Shown in pieces: positions 31,393 to 39,911 of a DNA stretch of 64,000 nucleotides (its first letter is position 1; every line of letters starts with the position of its first letter). The position numbers and the translations under genes are program-made. The stretch comes from a virus. The stretch spans positions 64,001 to 128,000 of IMG/VR virus record IMGVR_UViG_3300032323_001800. One strand, written 5' to 3'. The notes under the pieces were generated by a model. That model worked only from the letters and a program-made list of their open reading frames with translations, did no database searches and had not been told where the DNA came from.

Positions 31393-33474
31393 TTAAGCGT
31401 ATGAGTACCCTTCGTTAGCATCCCCAGTCAATGGATTAAAGTTTGAGTTAGCAGGAACTTCTCCAATTTCTTTTGCTGGTTTAGAATCATCGTTATTACC
31501 AGCGACTGCGGTATCAAAGTCTTTAGGTTGTCCTTTCATACGAACAGCTTTAATAGTCTGTTTAAACACAGCATCTTTGGCCATTTCTGTTTCTACTTCT
31601 GTTACCATGTAGATTCCACTAAACGGACTTTCTTTTTCTTTAAAATTATATAGACCCTCATCGCCAGATTCATCGATATCTAAAGGTGTTTGAAAAGAAA
31701 CATAAACATAAACTTGATTAGTTTCATATGTCATTGCACCATCAATATTAACTGACGGATTATCTGTTGAGGGAGGTCCGTAGTAGTTGCCCACACCACT
31801 ATCGACCAAATAGTAAGGATCTCCCATAATGTCAAACTCTACTGATATCAAATCAGCATTACTGGCTAAGACTGCGTTTTGAAAATCTCTTGCTACCGCG
31901 GCCGCAACATCATCATTGTTTGCGCCACCCGGTTTATAAGCCGCCACTGAACCATCTTTGGCAAATCTAGGAGTTGCTGTTTTCGATAGCAACTGTCTGG
32001 CCGAAGGTAGTGTCGCTACCTTAACTTGATTAGAATCAGCTGCTGCTTGTTGAGAGGCATCGGTACTGGCTTTTTCTTCTTTAAGGCCGGGACTAATTGC
32101 GTTATAAAATGTGGTATCAAATCTTAAATTAAATTTTAAAAGATCGTTATTTGCACCAGTATAGATATAATTGTATTTCTTTGCAATTATTTTTTGTAAC
32201 TCACCATACCCACTACCGGCTGCGTTAGGTTTTAGAAAAATACTCGAATGGACTTTGTACGGATAGACTTCATATATTACAATTTTTTGATAGTCACCTC
32301 GAGATACATCGTATTCTTTTAATTGAATTTTGACATTGATTTTAAACCAGTCAATTAATCCTTTTCCGTCTGCCTTTTCTATAGCTTTTTTTCCGTACTC
32401 ACTAGCTAAGATAACTTCTGTAATGATATCTACAATAGTTTGTCCTTGGCCAAACTGAAATGCTCTAGACTTAGGATCAATAGTTATTTGTGATGATCTA
32501 ACCCGACCGTCTGGAGATACTACCTCTGATTCTTTTCCAAATGTGTAATTGCCGCCCCTTGTCATGTCAAATGCCATACTAGTTTCTGCTATAGGGTTAT
32601 CACCTTTTGATTTTCCATCTAGTGTTGGAAATGTAATTACAAATGTATCTGCTAATGCCTGTTGAGCGTTTGCTGCCATTCTTTTACTTTCCTTTGTTAA
32701 TGCCACTGACAATGAATTTTCTCCTGTGGAAAGTAACTCTTTAATTGTGCCGCCCTGTATTCTAATATCTGTCCAAACACTATTAATGATAGTGGTAAAT
32801 CCCTTATGATTGTGGGGAGATAACTCCATTTTATATCTGCTACCGCCCTCATCAACATCAAAATCAATACCTATTAGTGTTACGCCGAATTGTCTAGTTA
32901 GATTTTTTACTACAAAGCTATTTCCATTTTCATCAAACCCTAAAAAGTCTATCTGTATAAGATAAGGAGCATTATTCAGATAGTTAATATAGCCTGCATT
33001 TAAAGCAGCTACCTGCAGAGATTGTAGAAATAATCCCATACTATAAGGTTCATAAATTTCTAGAGTAAATCCAATAGCATTTGTATTTCCTAATTCTTTT
33101 CTTGGAGAAATAAGATTGGTCATCTTAAAGCTTTCTACAAAATATTCGGGTCGGAGACCCGGCTCTGCTAATACTCTTTCTTTATCATATCTGCCAGCAG
33201 ATGAAAATATAACATTTTTAAGAGATGCTGGATTATTTCTTAGCGTGATAGGGTTGTTATACTGCTCAGGATCTAATGCTGCCATCGTGAATAATGTAGT
33301 ATAAGACGCAAATTTTTCTAAAGGATTAGGAACAAGATTTGGAAAATTATAATCTCTAATTCTATTTGCGGTGACCACAACTGTATCAAGCCGCTGATTC
33401 CCATTCACATCAACAGTTGCTTTTTTTACTTCTCCTTCCACATTAACTGATGCGGAACCAACATTAACTGGCAT
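31393..33474 (-). CDS. baseplate hub protein (gp27/late-control-D-like, 693 aa)
   Basis: Lies between gp53 and gp5; C-terminal DIMGDPYY...FSGIYMVTEVE...FKQTIKAVR hub pattern. Confidence 0.65.
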   Translation of the reverse strand: MPVNVGSASVNVEGEVKKATVDVNGNQRLDTVVVTANRIRDYNFPNLVPNPLEKFASYTTLFTMAALDPEQYNNPITLRNNPASLKNVIFSSAGRYDKERVLAEPGLRPEYFVESFKMTNLISPRKELGNTNAIGFTLEIYEPYSMGLFLQSLQVAALNAGYINYLNNAPYLIQIDFLGFDENGNSFVVKNLTRQFGVTLIGIDFDVDEGGSRYKMELSPHNHKGFTTIINSVWTDIRIQGGTIKELLSTGENSLSVALTKESKRMAANAQQALADTFVITFPTLDGKSKGDNPIAETSMAFDMTRGGNYTFGKESEVVSPDGRVRSSQITIDPKSRAFQFGQGQTIVDIITEVILASEYGKKAIEKADGKGLIDWFKINVKIQLKEYDVSRGDYQKIVIYEVYPYKVHSSIFLKPNAAGSGYGELQKIIAKKYNYIYTGANNDLLKFNLRFDTTFYNAISPGLKEEKASTDASQQAAADSNQVKVATLPSARQLLSKTATPRFAKDGSVAAYKPGGANNDDVAAAVARDFQNAVLASNADLISVEFDIMGDPYYLVDSGVGNYYGPPSTDNPSVNIDGAMTYETNQVYVYVSFQTPLDIDESGDEGLYNFKEKESPFSGIYMVTEVETEMAKDAVFKQTIKAVRMKGQPKDFDTAVAGNNDDSKPAKEIGEVPANSNFNPLTGDANEGYSYA

Positions 33475-33475
33475 A

Positions 33476-33775
33476 TTAATTTCCTAGATATTTGTTAAGG
33501 TTGCTTTGTTTTGGTATTTTAATTTTTTTACCTGGTTCAAAATCGTATATAGGATCTTTTAGTACATCCATATTTCGTTGAACAAATACCCACCATAATC
33601 TGGATGTTCCATACAGGTCGTATGCCAGTAGATCGGGGCGATGTCTATATTGAGGTTCAATTGTATATACAAAATCGTCAGCATCGGACGGGACCGGTCT
33701 AATTTCCAGCATTTCGAGATATAAACTATTCGACGCTGTGTTATACCAAGGACTAGTTGAACTATACTTTGCCAT
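33476..33775 (-). CDS. gp53: baseplate wedge LysM-like protein (gp53-like)
   Basis: HRPDLLAYDLYGTSRLWWVF...FEPGKKIKIP. Confidence 0.8.
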   Translation of the reverse strand: MAKYSSTSPWYNTASNSLYLEMLEIRPVPSDADDFVYTIEPQYRHRPDLLAYDLYGTSRLWWVFVQRNMDVLKDPIYDFEPGKKIKIPKQSNLNKYLGN

Positions 33776-33776
33776 A

Positions 33777-34871
33777 TTACATCATTCCTTTTGATAGAGC
33801 GCCACCTTGGGCAAAATCTTGGAGGCTAAACGATCTTATTTTTTCTCTGCTATAGACAGGAGCCACTGTTACTGATATTGTGCTAACTGCAGGAACCCAT
33901 TGATTAGAATTATTAATAGATACATTAATATAATTTACATCTTCTGGCATTTCAACAGAATACGATTTAACCACAACCGGAACGTTATTAAAAATAAAAC
34001 TACCGTAACCGTTTAATCTACAAATAACCGGCGGGTTTCCTTGAAGGCCACCGCTGCCTGTTCCATAAAACATTTTAGTTGAAGTTTTTAAGAAGTGGGT
34101 GGCAGCAATCCAGTATCTAGCATCATCTTCAGTCTGCACTGAAAATTCTCCAGATATTTGAACATCATCGACTGCGCTGTTTTTATATGCTTGGAACGGA
34201 AAGTTTGAATGCACTGGGTCAATTGTAGAATAGTTTGCTTTGTATGCTATAGTCACTCTAGGAACAAATGGCCAGGCTACCCCGGATGTTTTTTTAAGCG
34301 GATCAAAAATAGTCGAAGAGGCTTCTAAAAACGGTGACGATATTCTTACACGCCAGTCTCGATCGTTAGTTGCTAACACTCTTGTTGAAGCAGTTTGCTG
34401 CATTAACTGACCGCCCTGAGGCAATGCCTTTGCTCTAGCGGCACTAACTGCATCATTGGCTTTACCGGCTGCTGCCGTGATTCCAGCTTGTGCTTCAGCG
34501 ATACCTGCTCCAATTTTTTTAGCAGCTCCTATTAATCCTAATCCTAATCCAATAGCACCTAACACTTTATCAATTCCTGAGGTGCCGCCTCTACCACCGG
34601 ATACTGCGCCCGATCCAGAAGATCCAGTAGCAGCGGTTGTTGCTACTGTATTAACACCAGTAGAATTATTATTTTGGTTGGGGGCTCCGTTAGCTATATA
34701 ATTAATGTTTGATCCCGGACCGCCGGATAAATTAGCAATTTTTTGATCTAGTTCAAATTGAGTAGTACCACCATAAGGTATATTTCCCCCTCCGTTAGCT
34801 TGGGAGATTGCATCAACAGTGGCCCACGAAGTACCGACATATTGAAAGTCTGGATTTGTTGGTAATGGCAT
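33777..34871 (-). CDS. baseplate tail-tube initiator/cap (gp48/gp54-like) with Gly-rich N-terminal extension
   Basis: VAWPFVP...SGEFSVQT...GNPPVICRLNGYG.FIFNNVPVVVKSYSVEMP tube-fold motif. Confidence 0.7.
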   Translation of the reverse strand: MPLPTNPDFQYVGTSWATVDAISQANGGGNIPYGGTTQFELDQKIANLSGGPGSNINYIANGAPNQNNNSTGVNTVATTAATGSSGSGAVSGGRGGTSGIDKVLGAIGLGLGLIGAAKKIGAGIAEAQAGITAAAGKANDAVSAARAKALPQGGQLMQQTASTRVLATNDRDWRVRISSPFLEASSTIFDPLKKTSGVAWPFVPRVTIAYKANYSTIDPVHSNFPFQAYKNSAVDDVQISGEFSVQTEDDARYWIAATHFLKTSTKMFYGTGSGGLQGNPPVICRLNGYGSFIFNNVPVVVKSYSVEMPEDVNYINVSINNSNQWVPAVSTISVTVAPVYSREKIRSFSLQDFAQGGALSKGMM

Positions 34872-34888
34872 TTTGGTATCCTTTTTAC

Positions 34889-34896
34889 TATTTATT
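34889..34896 (-). promoter_or_regulatory. late promoter AATAAATA for the baseplate operon
   Basis: In the 69-nt divergent gap, followed by an AAGGA SD and the ATG at 34871. Confidence 0.65.
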
Positions 34897-34917
34897 CGAC
34901 AAAAAATGTGCTATTAT
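34896..34917 (+). promoter_or_regulatory. host sigma70-type extended -10 promoter for gp55
   Basis: TG-C-TATTAT at 34909-34917. TCGACA at 34896-34901 is too close for canonical -35 spacing. GAGG SD at 34928-34931. Confidence 0.45.
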
Positions 34918-34940
34918 ATTACTAATAGAGGAAAAAATTA

Positions 34941-35828
34941 ATGACGACATTAGTACAACCAAAAGTAAAATATCTAACAAATAAAGACCTTTTAAAAGAA
35001 ATACACAGAAGCAAAAACACATATTGTTCATACATACAAAAAGAGTACGGTGATTATGATCTCATTTTACCTAATTTAAGTAAAATCAATGTAAGAACAG
35101 TAGCCGAAGCTAAAAGAAATAGAGCAATATTAATGGGCAAACAAGCACATGCCCAAGCACAGCTTACAGATAAAAAAGCTTCAGCAAAAGATTTTGAAGT
35201 TGATTATAAAAAAGTTAATAAAAAAGATTTAATTTTTAGAATCATGACATTTGAACACATCCCGCTTGCTCCGGGTCGTAAAAAGACGTTAAAGAATACT
35301 GCAGACAGTCACGAAAAAGTAAATTTTCCTCCGTTCCAACATTGGAAGTTCGACGATAACGATAACCTTGTATGCGTGGGCAAAAGTCACTGGAAGGGCG
35401 ATTTATCAATTGGACAATTTAGCAAGGACCACGGTCAAATGACTAATGACCTAGCTAGGATGTTTATCAAACTATGCGAACGATATGCTACTAGAGGCAA
35501 CGTTCGAGGCTATACCTACAACGACGAAATGCGGGGACAAGCTATTTTACAACTAACTCAGATAGGACTACAATTTGATGAGAGCAAATCTAATAATCCT
35601 TTTGCTTACTATACTGCTGCTGTCACTAATTCATTCGTTAGAATTATCAACATTGAGAAACGCAATCAAAACATTCGAGACGACATTCTCGAAATGAATG
35701 GTATGAATCCAAGTTGGACTAGACAAAACAGCGGAGGGGGTGGGGCTGCATATCCTGCGTCTGGGGTTGATGCAAACTATGATGGTGGTGGTGGCGGTGG
35801 TGGCGGTGGCAGCATCGATTGGGATTGA
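34941..35828 (+). CDS. gp55: late-transcription sigma factor (T4 gp55-like)
   Basis: YLTNKDLL; RGNVRGYTYNDEM; FDESKSNNPFAYYTAAVTNSFVRIINIEKR. Confidence 0.85.
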   Translation: MTTLVQPKVKYLTNKDLLKEIHRSKNTYCSYIQKEYGDYDLILPNLSKINVRTVAEAKRNRAILMGKQAHAQAQLTDKKASAKDFEVDYKKVNKKDLIFRIMTFEHIPLAPGRKKTLKNTADSHEKVNFPPFQHWKFDDNDNLVCVGKSHWKGDLSIGQFSKDHGQMTNDLARMFIKLCERYATRGNVRGYTYNDEMRGQAILQLTQIGLQFDESKSNNPFAYYTAAVTNSFVRIINIEKRNQNIRDDILEMNGMNPSWTRQNSGGGGAAYPASGVDANYDGGGGGGGGGSIDWD

Positions 35829-35853
35829 CCTTAACCTCTATAACTGTTATAAT
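35825..35853 (+). promoter_or_regulatory. sigma70 promoter TTGACC-N17-TATAAT (with TG extension) for gp47
   Basis: -35 at 35825-35830 overlaps the gp55 stop; 17-nt spacer; TG at 35845-35846; -10 at 35848-35853. Confidence 0.75.
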
Positions 35854-35859
35854 AACTCT

Positions 35860-36870
35860 ATGAATCTATTCAAAAAAGCAGCATGTTTTACAGATATACA
35901 TTTTGGACTAAAGTCAGGCAGCAGAACACATAATACAGATTGTGAAGATTTTGTTAAATGGTTCTGCGATACTGCTCAGGCAGAAGGATGTGAAACTGCC
36001 ATATTTTTAGGCGACTGGCATCATAATCGTGCGACCACTGATGTCAGCACGATGAATTATACTGTTTCAAATTTAGAACGGTTAAGCCAGAGCTTTGAAA
36101 AAGTCTATTTCATATTAGGCAATCATGATTTGTTCTATAAAGACAAACGTGAAATTAACTCTATTGAGTTTATGCGACTATTTCCTAATGTTATTCCTAT
36201 TAAAGAAACACTCACAGAAGGTGATGTTACAATCATGCCTTGGTTAGTGGGTGAAGAATGGAAAAACATTCCTAACATTAAGAGTCGGTATATATTTGGT
36301 CATTTAGAATTGCCTAGCTTTTATATGAATGCTATGGTACAGATGCCAGATCACGGTCAATTGCAGAGCACACATTTTGTAAATCAAGAATATGTGTTTA
36401 GTGGCCACTTTCATAAACGCCAAACTGGTCGCAATATCACTTATATTGGTAATGCGTTTCCTCACAACTATGCCGATGCCGGTGACGATGATCGAGGCAT
36501 GATGATTCTAGACTGGGGCAAAGAACCAGAATATCGATCATGGCCTGATCAGCCTGTGTATAGAGTTTATAAACTTAGTCAAATTATTGATCAACCCGAT
36601 AAGCTACTTCGTGAAAAGATGCATTGTCGTGTTACTATCGATTTGCCTATCACGTTTGAAGAAGCAAACTTCATCAAAGAACAGTTTATTCCTCAATACA
36701 AACTACGTGAGCTCATGCTGATACCAGAGAAGGTAGAGGTTGAATCTAATGCGGTGTCTATCGACATTAACTTCGAATCAGTAGATACTATTGTTATGAA
36801 TCAGATCAACGCTATCGAAAGCGAAAATTACGATAAAAAAATGCTTTTGGATATCTATAAAGACTTATGA
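35860..36870 (+). CDS. gp47: recombination endonuclease subunit (Mre11/SbcD-like)
   Basis: FTDIHFG, FLGDWHH, LGNHD, GHLE, SGHFH metallophosphoesterase motifs. Start moved to MNLFKK (35860); the track extension overlaps gp55. Confidence 0.92.
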   Translation: MNLFKKAACFTDIHFGLKSGSRTHNTDCEDFVKWFCDTAQAEGCETAIFLGDWHHNRATTDVSTMNYTVSNLERLSQSFEKVYFILGNHDLFYKDKREINSIEFMRLFPNVIPIKETLTEGDVTIMPWLVGEEWKNIPNIKSRYIFGHLELPSFYMNAMVQMPDHGQLQSTHFVNQEYVFSGHFHKRQTGRNITYIGNAFPHNYADAGDDDRGMMILDWGKEPEYRSWPDQPVYRVYKLSQIIDQPDKLLREKMHCRVTIDLPITFEEANFIKEQFIPQYKLRELMLIPEKVEVESNAVSIDINFESVDTIVMNQINAIESENYDKKMLLDIYKDL

Positions 36871-38645
36871 TTAAAATAAAAAATTTAACAGTTCGTAACT
36901 TCATGAGTGTGGGTAATCAAACCCAAGCAATTGACTTTGACAAAGGACAATTAACTCTAGTCTTAGGTGAGAACCTGGATCTAGGCGGTGACGATAGCGG
37001 AGCCCGTAATGGTACGGGTAAGACTACTATTATTAACGGCCTTAGCTACGCTATCTACGGCCAAGCATTGACGAACATTAAGCGTGATAACTTAATCAAT
37101 AAAATTAACAGCAAAGGCATGTTGGTTACTGTTACCTTTGAAAAAGACGGAGTTGAATATCACATTGAACGCGGTCGCAAACCTAATTTATTGAAGTTTA
37201 GTATTAACGGTCATGAGCAAGAGCTTAAGGATCTAGACGAATCACAAGGTGATAGTAGAGAAACACAAAAAGCCATTGACGAAATGATGGGCATGAGTCA
37301 CGAAATGTTCAAACATCTCGTAGCATTAAACACATATACCGAGCCGTTTCTATCAATGAAGGCTGCTGATCAACGTGCCATCATTGAACAACTTTTAGGT
37401 ATTACTCTTTTATCAGAAAAAGCCGATGCTCTTAAAGATTCTATTAAGATTTCTAAAGAAGCAATTGCCACTGAGAACACACGAATTGAAACTGTTAAAG
37501 TTAGTAACGAAAGAATACAGCAAAGTATCGACGCACTAATTAGAAAACAAAAGATTTGGGAAGATACTAAAGAGAAAGCTCTTGAAGATCTTAGAAAGAG
37601 TATTGATGTTTTAGAAACTATCGATATTGACAAAGAAGTTATCGCACAAAAAGCACTAGTTGAATGGAATAAAAATAAAAAAGAACATACTAATTTAACA
37701 TCTATGATTGCTAAACAAACAGCAACATTAGAAAAAGAACAAAAAAACTTAGAAAAGTTAGAAAAAGAATTAGTAAGTCTCGCCGATCATAAGTGTCATG
37801 CGTGTGGGCAGGATCTGCATGACACAAAACATGAAGATATGCTTGCTTCTAAAGTTAAACAAGTCGAAGAAACGGCAGAATCTGTCAAGGAACATTTAAC
37901 AGAACTTAACGCACTCAATGAAGCAGTATCGTTATTAGGCGAGTTGGGTGTATGTCCTAGTGTTACGTATGATAATTTAGAAGAAGCACTTAATCATAAA
38001 AATACATTAGCTGGTTTAGAAAAAGATCTTTCTATCAAAGAAGTAGAAACTAATCCATACGAAGAACAAATTACAGAACTCCAATCAACTGCTGTTCAAG
38101 AAATAGACTGGAACACAGTAAATGACTTAACCAAAGTAAAAGATCATCAAGAATTTTTATATAAACTGCTGACTAACAAAGATAGTTTCGTAAGAAAACG
38201 TATTATTGATCAAAACTTAGCATTCCTAAATCAAAGACTAACGTATTATCTTGATAAGATCGGGTTGCCGCATCTTGTTGAATTCCAAAACGATCTAAGT
38301 GTTATTATCACTCAGCTAGGACAAGATTTGGACTTTGATAATTTAAGTCGTGGCGAACGCAATAGATTAATTTTAAGTATGAGTTGGGCTTTCCGCGATG
38401 TGTGGGAAAATCTATATCATCCTATCAACTTGTTATTCATTGACGAATTAGTAGATAGCGGAATGGATGCTAGTGGTGTTGAATCAAGTATTGCCGTACT
38501 TAAAAAGATGACTAGAGAGCGAAATAAGAATGTATTTTTAATTAGCCATCGAGACGATTTAACAAGCAGGGTAAATCATGTGCTTAAAGTTATTAAAGAA
38601 AACGGATTTACTAGTTACTCTAACGATGTAGAGATTGTTGAATGA
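36867..38645 (+). CDS. gp46: recombination endonuclease ATPase subunit (Rad50/SbcC-like)
   Basis: Walker A NGTGKT, zinc hook CHAC, signature LSRGE, Walker B LLFIDE, H-loop ISHR. Confidence 0.93.
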   Translation: MIKIKNLTVRNFMSVGNQTQAIDFDKGQLTLVLGENLDLGGDDSGARNGTGKTTIINGLSYAIYGQALTNIKRDNLINKINSKGMLVTVTFEKDGVEYHIERGRKPNLLKFSINGHEQELKDLDESQGDSRETQKAIDEMMGMSHEMFKHLVALNTYTEPFLSMKAADQRAIIEQLLGITLLSEKADALKDSIKISKEAIATENTRIETVKVSNERIQQSIDALIRKQKIWEDTKEKALEDLRKSIDVLETIDIDKEVIAQKALVEWNKNKKEHTNLTSMIAKQTATLEKEQKNLEKLEKELVSLADHKCHACGQDLHDTKHEDMLASKVKQVEETAESVKEHLTELNALNEAVSLLGELGVCPSVTYDNLEEALNHKNTLAGLEKDLSIKEVETNPYEEQITELQSTAVQEIDWNTVNDLTKVKDHQEFLYKLLTNKDSFVRKRIIDQNLAFLNQRLTYYLDKIGLPHLVEFQNDLSVIITQLGQDLDFDNLSRGERNRLILSMSWAFRDVWENLYHPINLLFIDELVDSGMDASGVESSIAVLKKMTRERNKNVFLISHRDDLTSRVNHVLKVIKENGFTSYSNDVEIVE

Positions 38646-39193
38646 AATATCAATACTATCTAATTTCAGATTTTTTAGATTGTGAAGAAATTAAAGAACT
38701 TAATCGAACATTAGAAAATAATGTTTCTAAAAATAATCAAGAAGTGCTGTTTGATGGAAACTATAAAAAAACTAGTGTTGTGTATTCTATACAACACAGC
38801 CATGTCTGGGATCAACTTGATAGATTTAGAAATATGATTCATTACACGAACAGAAATTATTTTGGATTAGATCTTTTTGAAATTTCAAAATATAGTACAG
38901 TAAATTATAATGTATATAATGGAGATGACTATGGTCAATATACATGGCATTCTGATGCTGAATTTAATCAATGTTATGACTTAAAATTAACTGCATTATT
39001 AAATTTATCAACTGAAGAGTTTTTAGGTGGTGATCTTATTTTATTTTTATCAGGCGAATATAAGATAGACGATTTTAATAAACCGGGATCATTATTAATT
39101 TTTCCAGCATGGACCCAACATAAAGTTACTCCCGTTACCAGTGGGGTTAGAAAAACGTTAAGTTTTTGGGCAGCAGGACCAAATTTGAAATGA
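38642..39193 (+). CDS. 2OG-Fe(II) oxygenase (PKHD/prolyl-hydroxylase-like)
   Basis: YTWHSD (HxD), LTALLNLS..F.GG.L, HKVTPVTSGVRKTL. Confidence 0.88.
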   Translation: MKYQYYLISDFLDCEEIKELNRTLENNVSKNNQEVLFDGNYKKTSVVYSIQHSHVWDQLDRFRNMIHYTNRNYFGLDLFEISKYSTVNYNVYNGDDYGQYTWHSDAEFNQCYDLKLTALLNLSTEEFLGGDLILFLSGEYKIDDFNKPGSLLIFPAWTQHKVTPVTSGVRKTLSFWAAGPNLK

Positions 39194-39426
39194 GCACGGA
39201 CAGTCACGATCGAATGATCAAAGCATTTCAAGAATATTTCAAATGGCAAGAGCGATTTGAATACAAAGGCTCAGACGAAGCAGGCATCAAGGCACGATAT
39301 TGGTTATCAGAAATACGTAACGAGGCATCAACTAGGCGTGTAGAAATACAAGATAAAAGAGAACAAAGAAAAGCAGCCAGAAAAGGCATACTAGGCAGAC
39401 CTCCCAAGGTAACTAAAGGTACATGA
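39190..39426 (+). CDS. small basic helical protein, histone H1-like Hc1-type
   Basis: KGSDEAGIKARYWLSEI...RRVEIQ resembles the G.KAAG.RARK...EI pattern of short Hc1-like proteins as I recall it; ATGA overlaps at both ends. Confidence 0.5.
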   Translation: MSTDSHDRMIKAFQEYFKWQERFEYKGSDEAGIKARYWLSEIRNEASTRRVEIQDKREQRKAARKGILGRPPKVTKGT

Positions 39427-39911
39427 CATGGATATATCAGAATCAAACTGTAGAAGAACTACCCGAAGAATGCGTGGGCTTCGTCTATGTCATTGTCAAT
39501 AATATCTCTGGTAGAAAATACATAGGCAAAAAATTAGCAAAGTTTGCAAAAACTACCTACAAAGTAGTCAAACTAAAGAACGGAACTAAGAAAAAGAAAA
39601 AAATTAGAGGCAAAATAGAAAGCGATTGGCGTGATTATTACGGTTCAAACATAGAACTTAATAAGGACGTTGAACAGCTAGGCAAAGAAAACTTCACCAG
39701 AGAAATCATCTATTACTGTAATTCTAAAGCAGAATGCAGTTACATCGAGGCAAGAGAACAATTTAATCGTAAAGTTTTAGAATCTAATGACTGGTACAAC
39801 GGTCATATACAGGTTCGAGTTCATGGCTCTCACATAATAAAATCCCAACTTTTAATAGAATCACAGACAGACCAAAGTACTACACAGGCTCAAGAGAAAA
39901 AGGCAAAATAA
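39423..39911 (+). CDS. GIY-YIG endonuclease
   Basis: GFVY...KYIGKK, Lys-rich hairpin, DWRDYYGS, REII, E..EQF, WYN. Confidence 0.85.
   Translation: MTWIYQNQTVEELPEECVGFVYVIVNNISGRKYIGKKLAKFAKTTYKVVKLKNGTKKKKKIRGKIESDWRDYYGSNIELNKDVEQLGKENFTREIIYYCNSKAECSYIEAREQFNRKVLESNDWYNGHIQVRVHGSHIIKSQLLIESQTDQSTTQAQEKKAK

Noticed and set aside
35740-35859. Track N-terminal extensions (gp47 from 35740, gp26-like from 42837, 39166, 54224, 3209, 1117)
   Set aside because: They overlap neighbouring genes or promoters; conserved motifs and coupling point to downstream ATGs
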